A DNA stretch of 64,000 nt from TPA_inf: Saccharomyces (Eukaryota), in NCBI GenBank assembly GCA_000146045.2, contig BK006947.3:256001-320000 (forward strand), given 5' to 3'. A model generated the notes under the pieces. The model searched no databases. It was not told where the DNA came from and saw nothing but the letters and a program-made list of their open reading frames with translations. The translations under genes and the position numbers were made by a program. Of the stretch, positions 23,501 to 33,497 are shown piece after piece; position 1 is the first letter of the stretch; every line of letters begins with the position of its first letter.

Positions 23501-23897
23501 GATTCAAGCAAACTACGATAAATATTTGAAAGTTTTAAATGACTTCGATCCAAAATCAGAATCTCGGCCTACTGAGCCATCTTATGATGAAAAAAAGACT
23601 GGCTATTATGCAAACGTTAGATCTCTCGTGATTATCTTTTGGGTCATCACAAATTTCATCATCGTTGCTGTTGTCTTAGAAACCGGTGGGATTGCAGATT
23701 ATATTGCTATGAAATCCATATCAACTGATGACACTTTAGAAACTGCAAAGAAGGCGGAAATTCCCTTAATGACCAGTAAGGCCTCAATTTATTTTAATGT
23801 AATTTTATGGTTAGTTGCATTATCGGCATTAATAAGGTTCATTGGTTGCTCAATATACATGATAGTAAGGTTTTTTAAAAAGGTTACATTTCGCTAA
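20502..23897 (+). CDS. CHS1: Chitin synthase I (YNL192W), 1131 aa
   Basis: ATG at 20502 and exactly 1131 aa. It has class I chitin synthase signatures (EDR, QRRRW in LQRRRWLNGSFFA, SWG in DLSWGTKG) and a multi-TM C-terminal half. Confidence 0.92.
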   Translation: MSDQNNRSRNEYHSNRKNEPSYELQNAHSGLFHSSNEELTNRNQRYTNQNASMGSFTPVQSLQFPEQSQQTNMLYNGDDGNNNTINDNERDIYGGFVNHHRQRPPPATAEYNDVFNTNSQQLPSEHQYNNVPSYPLPSINVIQTTPELIHNGSQTMATPIERPFFNENDYYYNNRNSRTSPSIASSSDGYADQEARPILEQPNNNMNSGNIPQYHDQPFGYNNGYHGLQAKDYYDDPEGGYIDQRGDDYQINSYLGRNGEMVDPYDYENSLRHMTPMERREYLHDDSRPVNDGKEELDSVKSGYSHRDLGEYDKDDFSRDDEYDDLNTIDKLQFQANGVPASSSVSSIGSKESDIIVSNDNLTANRALKRSGTEIRKFKLWNGNFVFDSPISKTLLDQYATTTENANTLPNEFKFMRYQAVTCEPNQLAEKNFTVRQLKYLTPRETELMLVVTMYNEDHILLGRTLKGIMDNVKYMVKKKNSSTWGPDAWKKIVVCIISDGRSKINERSLALLSSLGCYQDGFAKDEINEKKVAMHVYEHTTMINITNISESEVSLECNQGTVPIQLLFCLKEQNQKKINSHRWAFEGFAELLRPNIVTLLDAGTMPGKDSIYQLWREFRNPNVGGACGEIRTDLGKRFVKLLNPLVASQNFEYKMSNILDKTTESNFGFITVLPGAFSAYRFEAVRGQPLQKYFYGEIMENEGFHFFSSNMYLAEDRILCFEVVTKKNCNWILKYCRSSYASTDVPERVPEFILQRRRWLNGSFFASVYSFCHFYRVWSSGHNIGRKLLLTVEFFYLFFNTLISWFSLSSFFLVFRILTVSIALAYHSAFNVLSVIFLWLYGICTLSTFILSLGNKPKSTEKFYVLTCVIFAVMMIYMIFCSIFMSVKSFQNILKNDTISFEGLITTEAFRDIVISLGSTYCLYLISSIIYLQPWHMLTSFIQYILLSPSYINVLNIYAFCNVHDLSWGTKGAMANPLGKINTTEDGTFKMEVLVSSSEIQANYDKYLKVLNDFDPKSESRPTEPSYDEKKTGYYANVRSLVIIFWVITNFIIVAVVLETGGIADYIAMKSISTDDTLETAKKAEIPLMTSKASIYFNVILWLVALSALIRFIGCSIYMIVRFFKKVTFR

Positions 23898-24431
23898 GTA
23901 GATTGATTACCCCTTTGTTATAAATAAGTATATGTGTTTACTATCATATAATAATTAATTAGTTGTAAGTATGGTATTTTTCAAAGAAACATTTAGTATT
24001 ATTTTTAAAGGGTGCCTTTACCATAAAACCAAAAAAAAATGGCTTCTGAGAGAAAAACATAAATAATTGATAAAACTGAAACTCACAACACCAACTCTTC
24101 CGCTCTAAACACCCAAAGCTCAAAAAACGACATGTGCACATCTATATCCATAAACTTTCAAAAAAGTGGTTCATTCGCAAATTCATGAAGTATTATTTAA
24201 TACACAGTAATCTGGCATTTCATACTATCATTGCTCAAATTATCCGCCGGACCCTTGAAACTGTGGCGCTTTTTAAGACGCATCTCCAAAAAAAGAAAAA
24301 GAACAAAAGAAAAAAAGCTGCAAATATATATACAAAACAGATTTCACGTTTATTGCTTGGGAGTAAGGTAACGATCCGGAAGCCTTGAAGAAATTTGAAT
24401 GTATCCAACTAACTATTGAAAATCATTCGTG

Positions 24432-25505
24432 ATGTGCAGATTCTTGATTTTCAAAGGCAAACAACCGATTCGGCTATCTCATCTTTTAACAAGACCAGCT
24501 CATTCTATCATAAACCAATCATTTGATAGCAGATTACGGCTAGACAGAAGAAGGCCAATGAATGGTGATGGTTTTGGTGTCGCTTACTATCCATTGGATA
24601 CCGAGTTAAGCGAGGACGGTCCATGCCTTTTCAAAGCTATTACTCCTGCATGGAACAACCAAAATTTGAGTACATTAGCAGAAAAAACTAAATCTGATCT
24701 GGTCTTTGCGCACGTAAGAGCCTCTACATATGGTGTCCTATCTGAGACCAATTGCCATCCGTTTACATACCACAGCTTATGTTTTATGCATAATGGCGGT
24801 ATATCTAATTTCAAAGGAATCAAGAGAAAATTATTGAATCATATCAAAGACGAATACCTGAATTTTATTCAAGGGAGCACAGACTCCGAGTGCGCATTTG
24901 CATTATTCTTAGACACTTTAGACAAATTGGGTTACGACCCAAAGAAGCAGGACGGCGATTTCGGTAATGTTGCACTAAGAAAGGCAATGTTACGAACGAT
25001 TGACTACATCAGAGATTGGACTAAAGAAGCGAACAAGGACGAGGCACATGTGGAGCCATCTCTCTTAAATTTTGCTGTAACTGACGGATCCACCGTTGTC
25101 GTTTCCAGGTATATAACTTCAAAGACGGACGAGGCAGCATCTTTGCATTTCAGTTGTGGTTCCAGCTTTGTAGAAACTTCACCAGGAGAATACAGGGTAG
25201 AAAGGTTGGATAGAAACCAAGATGTAATTATGGTTGCATCGGAACCTTTGACTTTCGAGAGAGGTGATTGGACTGCAGTACCCACCAACAGCATATTGAC
25301 CATTAAGAAACAGACAATATTACTACACCCTATTATCGATGAGTACTACCAAGAAGATCCGTTATACCTAAGAAGTTCAACCCTCGCAGAAAGCAAGGGG
25401 CTCATGGGTTCTATACCACTAGCAAAAGCCGTAGAAAAGAACGTTCCTCCACTAGAAAGAGAGGGCCGTACGAGACCTCCAACCGCTGTCGCACATATAG
25501 CATGA
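24432..25505 (+). CDS. DUG3: Dug3, class-II (Ntn) glutamine amidotransferase subunit of the Dug2-Dug3 glutathione-degrading complex (YNL191W), 357 aa
   Basis: The track start at 24429 is GTG; the true ATG is at 24432. The product starts MCRFLIFKG, with the catalytic N-terminal Cys2 typical of Ntn amidotransferases, and is 357 aa. Confidence 0.82.
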   Translation: MCRFLIFKGKQPIRLSHLLTRPAHSIINQSFDSRLRLDRRRPMNGDGFGVAYYPLDTELSEDGPCLFKAITPAWNNQNLSTLAEKTKSDLVFAHVRASTYGVLSETNCHPFTYHSLCFMHNGGISNFKGIKRKLLNHIKDEYLNFIQGSTDSECAFALFLDTLDKLGYDPKKQDGDFGNVALRKAMLRTIDYIRDWTKEANKDEAHVEPSLLNFAVTDGSTVVVSRYITSKTDEAASLHFSCGSSFVETSPGEYRVERLDRNQDVIMVASEPLTFERGDWTAVPTNSILTIKKQTILLHPIIDEYYQEDPLYLRSSTLAESKGLMGSIPLAKAVEKNVPPLEREGRTRPPTAVAHIA

Positions 25506-26394
25506 GCACACGCTCTAGAGGATTGTACCATTGTCACTACTAGATATACATATAAACAAATAAGAAGCATCGACACATAACAACAACCCCAACATCATAA
25601 TTTCATAAGTATTTGGTTGGTTAGTCCATATGGCGTCTAATCCTCGAAATGAGAAGGTACCCGCCTGGTGTCTATGACAACCTTCCGGGTAATAAATGTT
25701 CATTTGAACCCATTCATCCAATTGATATCCGGGCAATCACTTCCGGAAGCGGAAATTTACAAATATCCGGTGGGTCCTACAAGGGGACTAAAGAAAAAAA
25801 ATACGTGAAAAACAGCGATGCGATATTTTTTGTATCGTCTTGTTCGAGTGTTTCTTACCACGATGACCGGGATTTTGGCCGGTGAAAAAAAAAAAATGCG
25901 CTCCCGTACGTCAGTGGCTGTTGCTGAAACGAGACAATTTCTCAATTCGTTTGTTTGTGTACTGTATTTGTTATCTTTACTATATATATGTTGTTAAGTT
26001 TCTTTTACCAATTAGTGCTCACTTCTCTCGTCTTTTATTAGGTGTGTGTGTTGTGCGTAATTTTCGTTTCGCTGATTACTTTATATAGTGTAGTTTGTTC
26101 TTGAATGTAATAAAGACTTCTGTTTTATTTTGTTTTGTTATTTAGAAACAGTCTATCTGGTTTAACTTAAACGAGTGAGCTTAAGATAATCTGACTACAA
26201 GAAAACCAAGCTTCTATTACTTTGTTTCTTTCTCTTTTTTCTTTTTTGAATAAAGAATTTTCCTTTAAGGAGTAACTTAAGCATTTAGCTGCACATTAAA
26301 CACTTTTTTTTTTACTTCTAACTCACACACTTTTGGAAGAACATTTATTTTTTCGACCTTCTTTCCCAAATACCCAGCGCTTTATAATTGAAAT

Positions 26395-27009
26395 ATGAAG
26401 TTCTCTTCTGTTACTGCTATTACTCTAGCCACCGTTGCCACCGTTGCCACTGCTAAGAAGGGTGAACATGATTTCACTACCACTTTAACTTTGTCATCGG
26501 ACGGTAGTTTAACTACTACCACCTCTACTCATACCACTCACAAGTATGGTAAGTTCAACAAGACTTCCAAGTCCAAGACCCCAAACCACACTGGTACTCA
26601 CAAGTACGGTAAGTTCAACAAGACCTCCAAGTCTAAGACCCCAAACCATACCGGTACTCACAAGTATGGTAAGTTCAACAAGACTTCCAAGTCCAAGACT
26701 CCAAACCATACCGGTACTCACAAGTACGGTAAGTTCAACAAGACCTCCAAATCCAAGACTCCAAACCACACTGGTACTCACAAGTACGGTAAGTTCAACA
26801 AGACCTCCAAGTCTAAGACCCCAAACCATACCGGTACTCACAAGTATGGTAAGTTCAACAAAACCAAACATGACACTACCACTTATGGTCCTGGTGAAAA
26901 GGCCCGTAAGAACAATGCCGCCCCTGGTCCATCTAATTTCAACTCCATAAAATTGTTTGGTGTTACCGCTGGTAGTGCTGCCGTAGCCGGTGCCTTATTA
27001 CTATTATAA
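26395..27009 (+). CDS. YNL190W, secreted/GPI-type cell-wall protein with 20-aa tandem repeats, 204 aa
   Basis: It has an N-terminal signal peptide MKFSSVTAITLATVATVATA and a C-terminal hydrophobic GPI-like tail GSAAVAGALLLL. The middle carries five and a half copies of THKYGKFNKTSKSKTPNHTG. Confidence 0.85.
   Translation: MKFSSVTAITLATVATVATAKKGEHDFTTTLTLSSDGSLTTTTSTHTTHKYGKFNKTSKSKTPNHTGTHKYGKFNKTSKSKTPNHTGTHKYGKFNKTSKSKTPNHTGTHKYGKFNKTSKSKTPNHTGTHKYGKFNKTSKSKTPNHTGTHKYGKFNKTKHDTTTYGPGEKARKNNAAPGPSNFNSIKLFGVTAGSAAVAGALLLL
26536..26862 (+). repeat. Intragenic 60-bp tandem repeat array (5 full copies plus a 27-bp partial copy) inside YNL190W
   Basis: The unit ACTCACAAGTAYGGTAAGTTCAACAAGACYTCCAARTCYAAGACYCCAAACCAYACYGGT repeats head-to-tail at 26536, 26596, 26656, 26716, 26776 and 26836. 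Copies differ only at synonymous third positions. Confidence 0.9.
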
Positions 27010-28259
27010 TAAGCTTTGAATTGGATTTGAGAAATAAAGGAAGACCTAATTTTCTCCGGTTTTATGTTTTTTACCCCCCCTACCCCCTTCATCCTGAAGT
27101 AGTAAATTCTTTTTATTATACTATTTCGACTACTATGTGTTTACGTGTGCTTGTGCAAAAGTGAAATTTATTGTGATTGTGTTCTTTTTCTCTTTTTTTT
27201 ATACAAAAAATGGAGAAAGGAAATTGGGACCTACGATTTAAAGAAGTGTTATTTCCTATTTCAACGAGTTAAATGAATGTGTGTGTTTCGTTGACTTGTA
27301 AGGATAGAGAAAGATCATCCAACTTTTAATCATGGTTTCCTTTCCTTTTTTATAGCAATCGAATGTGGAAGGAAAATAGAGCGGAGCTTGATAATTGTGT
27401 GTGTGAATGTCTTGCTTTCTCTTTTTCCTTATTTCTACGCTATACAAAAAGTGTGCTTTTTTCTTCTATTTTTTTTTCTTTAATGACTTTGTGTGTTTAT
27501 TACCCTTTAATTAATTACCAAAAAAAAAATAAACTACGTTTTTAATTTCTAATTTATCAAAATTTCTTTTTTTCACATATAACTATATATTTATATGTCA
27601 CCCTATTCAAGTTCGTTAGTTTTCTTTCAACGGTCCAAAATTTGGGATATCTTGTGTGTACTTTACTTTCTCCACTAACGATAAGACATCTGCTATTAGC
27701 CTATATTGGGCTTAATAAAAAAGGTATCTTCGTCTAGAATGATATATGTATACAATCAAAAGTTTAAAGCTAAATTTTTTATTAACAAGTTACTTTATCA
27801 AGTAGTAGTTAACTTAATCGACCGAATTAATTCAATAGTAATCAATTCCAATGCACCGAAGAGTTTGCCAGTCGAACTATCTAAGTGATACTTGTCCATT
27901 TTTCCTCGAAGCGCAAAAGAGATTACATCACCATTAACGAATTTTCTTCTTTTCTTTTTTCTTCAAGAGTTGATGGGGAAGGACTAGGAAGGAAACGGTT
28001 CAGATACGAATTTAGTGATTAATCATATTCTGCTCAAGAAGCGACTTGTAAGGTAAGGAAAACCCGCATTCACTGACGGAATAAGGAACAGGACCAACTA
28101 TAAGCCTCCTTTTACACTCACATCTTCAGGCTTTATTTTGTTAAGACTGAAACATTTCCCACTTAATTGAAGTTACATCGTTATTTTATAGAACGATCTT
28201 TCTATTTTGTTTTTTGTTCACTTGATATACCTTCCCTTCTACATAACAAATTAATAAAT

Positions 28260-29888
28260 ATGGATAATGGTACAGATTCTTCCACGAGCAAGTTCGTTCC
28301 CGAATATAGACGAACAAACTTTAAGAATAAAGGCAGATTCTCTGCAGATGAACTTCGTCGTCGTAGAGATACACAACAGGTCGAATTAAGAAAAGCAAAA
28401 AGAGATGAAGCTTTGGCCAAAAGAAGAAACTTTATTCCCCCAACTGATGGCGCTGATTCTGATGAAGAAGATGAGAGCTCCGTTTCTGCGGACCAACAAT
28501 TTTACAGCCAGTTGCAGCAAGAACTACCACAAATGACTCAGCAACTTAACTCTGATGATATGCAAGAGCAATTGAGTGCTACTGTTAAGTTTAGACAAAT
28601 TTTGTCTAGAGAACACCGCCCTCCAATTGATGTCGTCATTCAAGCCGGTGTTGTTCCAAGATTAGTAGAATTTATGCGTGAAAACCAACCTGAAATGTTA
28701 CAATTGGAGGCTGCTTGGGCTTTGACTAACATTGCATCAGGTACATCTGCTCAAACAAAAGTGGTTGTTGATGCTGACGCTGTACCTCTTTTCATTCAAC
28801 TATTATATACCGGCTCCGTTGAAGTTAAAGAACAAGCCATTTGGGCCTTAGGTAACGTTGCAGGTGATTCAACTGACTACAGAGACTACGTTTTACAATG
28901 TAATGCCATGGAGCCAATTTTGGGTCTTTTTAACTCCAATAAACCATCTTTGATCAGGACCGCTACGTGGACTTTATCCAATTTATGCAGGGGTAAAAAA
29001 CCACAACCAGATTGGTCAGTGGTCTCACAAGCGTTGCCAACCTTAGCGAAATTAATCTATTCGATGGACACTGAAACTTTAGTTGATGCTTGTTGGGCTA
29101 TCTCTTATCTATCTGACGGACCACAAGAAGCTATTCAAGCAGTGATCGATGTTAGAATTCCTAAAAGACTTGTTGAATTACTGAGCCATGAATCGACTTT
29201 AGTCCAGACTCCTGCTTTAAGAGCTGTAGGTAATATAGTCACTGGTAATGACTTACAGACTCAGGTCGTTATAAATGCTGGTGTCTTACCTGCGTTAAGA
29301 CTTCTGCTAAGCTCTCCAAAAGAAAATATCAAGAAAGAAGCGTGTTGGACCATTTCCAATATTACGGCTGGTAATACTGAACAAATTCAAGCGGTAATTG
29401 ACGCGAACTTGATTCCTCCATTAGTTAAACTTTTGGAAGTTGCAGAATATAAAACTAAAAAAGAAGCTTGTTGGGCTATTTCCAATGCCTCTTCAGGTGG
29501 TTTACAAAGACCAGATATCATAAGATATTTAGTATCTCAAGGGTGTATAAAACCATTGTGTGATTTGCTAGAAATTGCTGACAACAGAATAATTGAAGTT
29601 ACCTTAGATGCTCTTGAAAATATTTTAAAGATGGGTGAAGCTGACAAAGAAGCTCGTGGTTTGAATATCAATGAAAATGCCGATTTTATCGAAAAGGCTG
29701 GTGGTATGGAAAAGATTTTCAACTGTCAACAAAATGAAAATGACAAGATTTATGAAAAAGCATACAAAATCATTGAAACCTACTTTGGTGAAGAAGAAGA
29801 CGCCGTAGACGAAACTATGGCTCCACAAAATGCCGGTAATACTTTCGGCTTTGGTTCTAATGTCAACCAACAATTCAATTTTAACTAA
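28260..29888 (+). CDS. SRP1: Srp1/Kap60, importin-alpha (YNL189W), 542 aa
   Basis: The track ORF begins at an upstream non-ATG codon. The first ATG at 28260 gives [36 protein letters not shown] (IBB domain) and 542 aa, followed by ten armadillo repeats (e.g. [24 protein letters not shown]). Confidence 0.92.
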   Translation: MDNGTDSSTSKFVPEYRRTNFKNKGRFSADELRRRRDTQQVELRKAKRDEALAKRRNFIPPTDGADSDEEDESSVSADQQFYSQLQQELPQMTQQLNSDDMQEQLSATVKFRQILSREHRPPIDVVIQAGVVPRLVEFMRENQPEMLQLEAAWALTNIASGTSAQTKVVVDADAVPLFIQLLYTGSVEVKEQAIWALGNVAGDSTDYRDYVLQCNAMEPILGLFNSNKPSLIRTATWTLSNLCRGKKPQPDWSVVSQALPTLAKLIYSMDTETLVDACWAISYLSDGPQEAIQAVIDVRIPKRLVELLSHESTLVQTPALRAVGNIVTGNDLQTQVVINAGVLPALRLLLSSPKENIKKEACWTISNITAGNTEQIQAVIDANLIPPLVKLLEVAEYKTKKEACWAISNASSGGLQRPDIIRYLVSQGCIKPLCDLLEIADNRIIEVTLDALENILKMGEADKEARGLNINENADFIEKAGGMEKIFNCQQNENDKIYEKAYKIIETYFGEEEDAVDETMAPQNAGNTFGFGSNVNQQFNFN

Positions 29889-30307
29889 CTGAATGTGAAG
29901 AAAAAGATCAACTAAATAAGTTTATTCAGATAAATCTTCATTATCTGATCCATTATTTTTAAGTTTTTCTTTTAATGTATATAAGAAATTCTAATCTTTT
30001 AATTCGCACAATAGTATTTTCATGTACTAGTTCGTACAGTATTCTCTTTCTCTGGGGTTTTTCCCTTTTATAGAAGTTGACTTGTTCTATAGTTGTTATA
30101 TATGTATTGCTGGGTTTTTTAATCTATTTTGCGGAAGACGCCAAAAATAAGAAAAAAATTGGAAAGACACAAGAAAAAAGTAAGAATATCCACAGCTGAA
30201 AGATCTAACAGGCGTATTTTTATTTTCGAAGAAACGTCCTAAAAGGATCTGATTCAGCACATTGATAATAGCATAGGCATTTTTATCTTTCTTTTTTGAG
30301 TTCATGA

Positions 30308-31609
30308 ATGAATGTAACTTCTCCAAAAGATGGGAATCACAGTTTCTCGAAGAAAAATAGATTTAATACAAATAAACCGCGATTCCACAAACTAAATGAG
30401 CAGGCGCAGAGTATAAATTTACCAGAAGACCGTGATTCAATTGTTTCAAGTAATACAACGTCAATTATGACAGATGATGCATTTGATTACAATGAGGGCA
30501 TTGCATCGCGTACCAAAAATATTAATTCTGATAGTGATAGAAGCAATGATACCATAAAACAAAACAACTACAATAAAAGGGAGACCGGATATAACCCTTT
30601 CTACAATGGATCAGGGATCAATCAGCGATATACACAGTTTCGAAAAAGAGAGTTTGAACCAACACTTGCAGAAAACAAAGCCGAAGAGTACATATCGGAC
30701 GAAGATAATGTAAAAATTGATGAAGATAATATAGAGAACGAACTCCAGTTTACGCCGAAAATTAAAGAGGCTAGTATACTCCGATCTAGTTTACTAGGAC
30801 AAAGAAATGTTTTAAATACTCGGAATCCAAAATCAAAAGAATCACACATTAAAGTAAAACCCATCATCAATAACAAGAGCTCCTCACAAAGAAAATCTAG
30901 TGCAGCACTTCGGAAACAATTAGGAAAACCCCTACCGCTGCCGTATTTGAATAGCCCTAATAGTGATAGTACACCCACATTACAGAGAAAAGAAGAAGTA
31001 TTCACAGACGAAGTGCTTCAAAAAAAGAGAGAATTGATTGAGTCTAAATGGCATAGACTTCTCTTTCATGACAAAAAAATGGTGGAAAAAAAGCTAGAAA
31101 GTTTAAGAGAATACGAAAGGAAAAGAATGCCTCCACGAGGAACTGATGTTTCTAGCTCTGAGCAGGACAATTCTTTCAAAATATCGACGCCAACAAAATC
31201 GTATGTTTCTTTGGAGCAAAAACCCTTACCAAATCTCTCTGCTATGAATAACTTTAATGATGTTACCGACAATAAGGAGAAAGAAGAAACGAACAACAAT
31301 ATATTAAAGTTCCAAGCGCAACGAGATCCATTACAAATACTACAGTCTGAGATCGAAATGCATACTAAGAAACTTGACACGATAATAGAGTTACTAAAAG
31401 ACGATACCGATTCAAAGGAAAAAAGGAAAGTAGTGACTAATGACAACGCAGCGCCTGAACAAATGGTCAACAAAGGATGGCGGAAAAACGTGATGATGAT
31501 CTACAAAAAATCAGGAAATATTATGAAAAAGTATAGGGAATATTTCTTATGGACAATTTGTATTTTAATATTGTTATATTGCAATATATATGTGTATTAT
31601 AGGTTTTAA
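30308..31609 (+). CDS. KAR1: Kar1, spindle-pole-body half-bridge protein for SPB duplication and karyogamy (YNL188W), 433 aa
   Basis: ATG at 30308 and exactly 433 aa. The body is hydrophilic and ends in a single C-terminal hydrophobic tail anchor, FLWTICILILLYCNIYVYYRF. Confidence 0.85.
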   Translation: MNVTSPKDGNHSFSKKNRFNTNKPRFHKLNEQAQSINLPEDRDSIVSSNTTSIMTDDAFDYNEGIASRTKNINSDSDRSNDTIKQNNYNKRETGYNPFYNGSGINQRYTQFRKREFEPTLAENKAEEYISDEDNVKIDEDNIENELQFTPKIKEASILRSSLLGQRNVLNTRNPKSKESHIKVKPIINNKSSSQRKSSAALRKQLGKPLPLPYLNSPNSDSTPTLQRKEEVFTDEVLQKKRELIESKWHRLLFHDKKMVEKKLESLREYERKRMPPRGTDVSSSEQDNSFKISTPTKSYVSLEQKPLPNLSAMNNFNDVTDNKEKEETNNNILKFQAQRDPLQILQSEIEMHTKKLDTIIELLKDDTDSKEKRKVVTNDNAAPEQMVNKGWRKNVMMIYKKSGNIMKKYREYFLWTICILILLYCNIYVYYRF

Positions 31610-31993
31610 ACCATATAAAGGTTAGTACATGAAGAAGTGTGTACAGTTATGGCAATAACTGTTCTCTTCCGTTTTAAAGAGAGTATTATCACGGTCTGAA
31701 AATTAAGCAAAAAAAGAAAAGCGTGCACTTAAAAATCGGTGGTGGACAGACCGCATATTCCATAAACATAGATGGTACAAGGGCATTATGAGTCCTTGAA
31801 TAGAAAAAATGATGAAAGAATGAATGCAATTCCGTATTGCGACACTGGCGAAGTGTTCGAGGCTGACACGATAGCGAATGTATGGAAAAGAGAAGATAAG
31901 GAATGGTTAAAAAGGACTCAAAGTGATCGAAGTGGATACGAGTATCCACGACTAGGAGAATCACCATATATCAATATGACAGACGACTTCAGA

Positions 31994-33067
31994 ATGGAAA
32001 AGAAGGTAATATGTCAAGATATCTTTTGGTCATGTGATGGTACATCGTTTGTTTCTGTGCATAATGATTTTGGCATCAGACAATATTTAGTGCCGGAGGA
32101 AAGTAATACGGACAAGCTAAACAGAAACCTCCTTCTACCATTTACAAGGTTTTTTAGAAACCAGTCTATTGTTTCATGTGCAATAGACCCGTTTTACACG
32201 CTTTATAACGAGAATTCCGACAGGTTAGCTGGTGACAGAATCGTGGTTGGAGGAAAAAACTTCCCTCTACAACTATACTCTTTGATGGACGGGCAGTGTA
32301 TCCTCAGCTATGACACGATGAACAAAATAAATGGAGAATACGAAACTGTATACAGTGTGAAAATCGATGTTGAGTCTCGTGTATACACTGGCTCATGCCG
32401 TAACAAAGTGGCGATATACGACAAGAGCAGACGAGATGCCGTGTGGATGAACCAGAGTACCAAAAAAGCAAGCAAGGGAAGACAAAGCATTATATCTTGC
32501 TTTGAAGAGCAACCAATGGGAGGGCAAGCTCTCTCAAGAGGATCTCTATTGTGTGGCAGTTATGCGAATGAAATGTTTCAGGTAGACTGCCGTCATCAAC
32601 GACTAGAGAGACTGAACTACACCCGCACAGTTGCAGGTGGGATTGTACAAATCCTTACAAGCGATAACGGGCGTTACGTGTACGTTGTCAGACGCAACAG
32701 TGACGCGATTAGTATTTACGATCGGCGAAACCTGCAGCACGAGCTTAACGTATTGCGCCTACCGTTTCGGATCCACCACAACTCTGCAAAGTTGAAGGCA
32801 TATATAGATACGGCTTACGGACTAAGTATGGGGACGCCGCAGGGAACAATATTGAACTGGGGTCGAGACCTTGTGGAATTTGGAGGTGTTCCCTCACACA
32901 ATAGTGTTGAAGACCCACTAATCACGTCTATCCCGCCAGAGTCAGAGTGGCGCACTAACCTTGATTCTACTATTCCTGCCACGGTAGTGAAGAATTGTCC
33001 TGGGGATCCCGAACTGTTCGCCCTATCTCATGGGGGCACAATTTCATTATGCAGGTTCGGCGGCTAA
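31994..33067 (+). CDS. SWT21: Swt21, spliceosome-associated protein (YNL187W); 357 aa from ATG 31994 (the track ORF runs from 31772 as 431 aa)
   Basis: From memory the annotated protein is 357 aa starting MEKKVICQDIFWSC, and the ATG at 31994-31996 gives exactly that. The upstream in-frame extension lacks an obvious promoter gap after KAR1. Confidence 0.7.
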   Translation: MEKKVICQDIFWSCDGTSFVSVHNDFGIRQYLVPEESNTDKLNRNLLLPFTRFFRNQSIVSCAIDPFYTLYNENSDRLAGDRIVVGGKNFPLQLYSLMDGQCILSYDTMNKINGEYETVYSVKIDVESRVYTGSCRNKVAIYDKSRRDAVWMNQSTKKASKGRQSIISCFEEQPMGGQALSRGSLLCGSYANEMFQVDCRHQRLERLNYTRTVAGGIVQILTSDNGRYVYVVRRNSDAISIYDRRNLQHELNVLRLPFRIHHNSAKLKAYIDTAYGLSMGTPQGTILNWGRDLVEFGGVPSHNSVEDPLITSIPPESEWRTNLDSTIPATVVKNCPGDPELFALSHGGTISLCRFGG

Positions 33068-33497
33068 AAACGGCAAACCCGTATTCGTGTATCACCCGGC
33101 CAGCTTTCTCCGATGAACGCGCACAAGTAAGAAGTTAAATTGCATCCCCCAGACACCACCTCTTTTGTTCACTTCTTGCCTCATGCCGTCAAAAAATTTT
33201 TTTCGCATCGAAAAAAATCCCCAAAAGAAAAGAAAAAAGTTCTTATTTTTATATAGTGCCACCATCGGGAAAAACTTCCCTGTAAAGCATTAACAGAGTC
33301 TTCCATCCCCGCTTCTGTCCTTTATTTGTTTCATAGAAGCTATTAAGCATCATATACTGCACACAGGAGCATGCATAGTGTCTGAAGCCTCTTTTGTTCT
33401 GTACTGCACATAATATTTCATAGAAAAACTAACGGAAAGAATCTACAACTCATAGTATCTGTAAATCCGTCCTATTGTCATATCACAATCACAGACT

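Noticed and set aside
26536-26862. Regular 60-bp direct repeats that superficially resemble a CRISPR array
   Set aside because: The units are contiguous with no unique spacers and lie in-frame inside a eukaryotic coding sequence. This is a coding minisatellite, not a CRISPR array, and CRISPR is not expected in yeast.
26509-26950. Two long ORFs (minus strand 26509-26871, plus strand 26546-26950) with their own internal repeats over YNL190W
   Set aside because: Both are alternative-frame or antisense readings of the 60-bp tandem repeat. The real frame is the one with a signal peptide and GPI tail (26395-27009, plus strand).
28167-28259. Upstream in-frame extension of SRP1 (31 codons, [31 protein letters not shown])
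   Set aside because: The track start at 28167 is not an ATG. The first ATG at 28260 gives the known importin-alpha N-terminus (IBB domain), and the extension reads like AT-rich 5' UTR.
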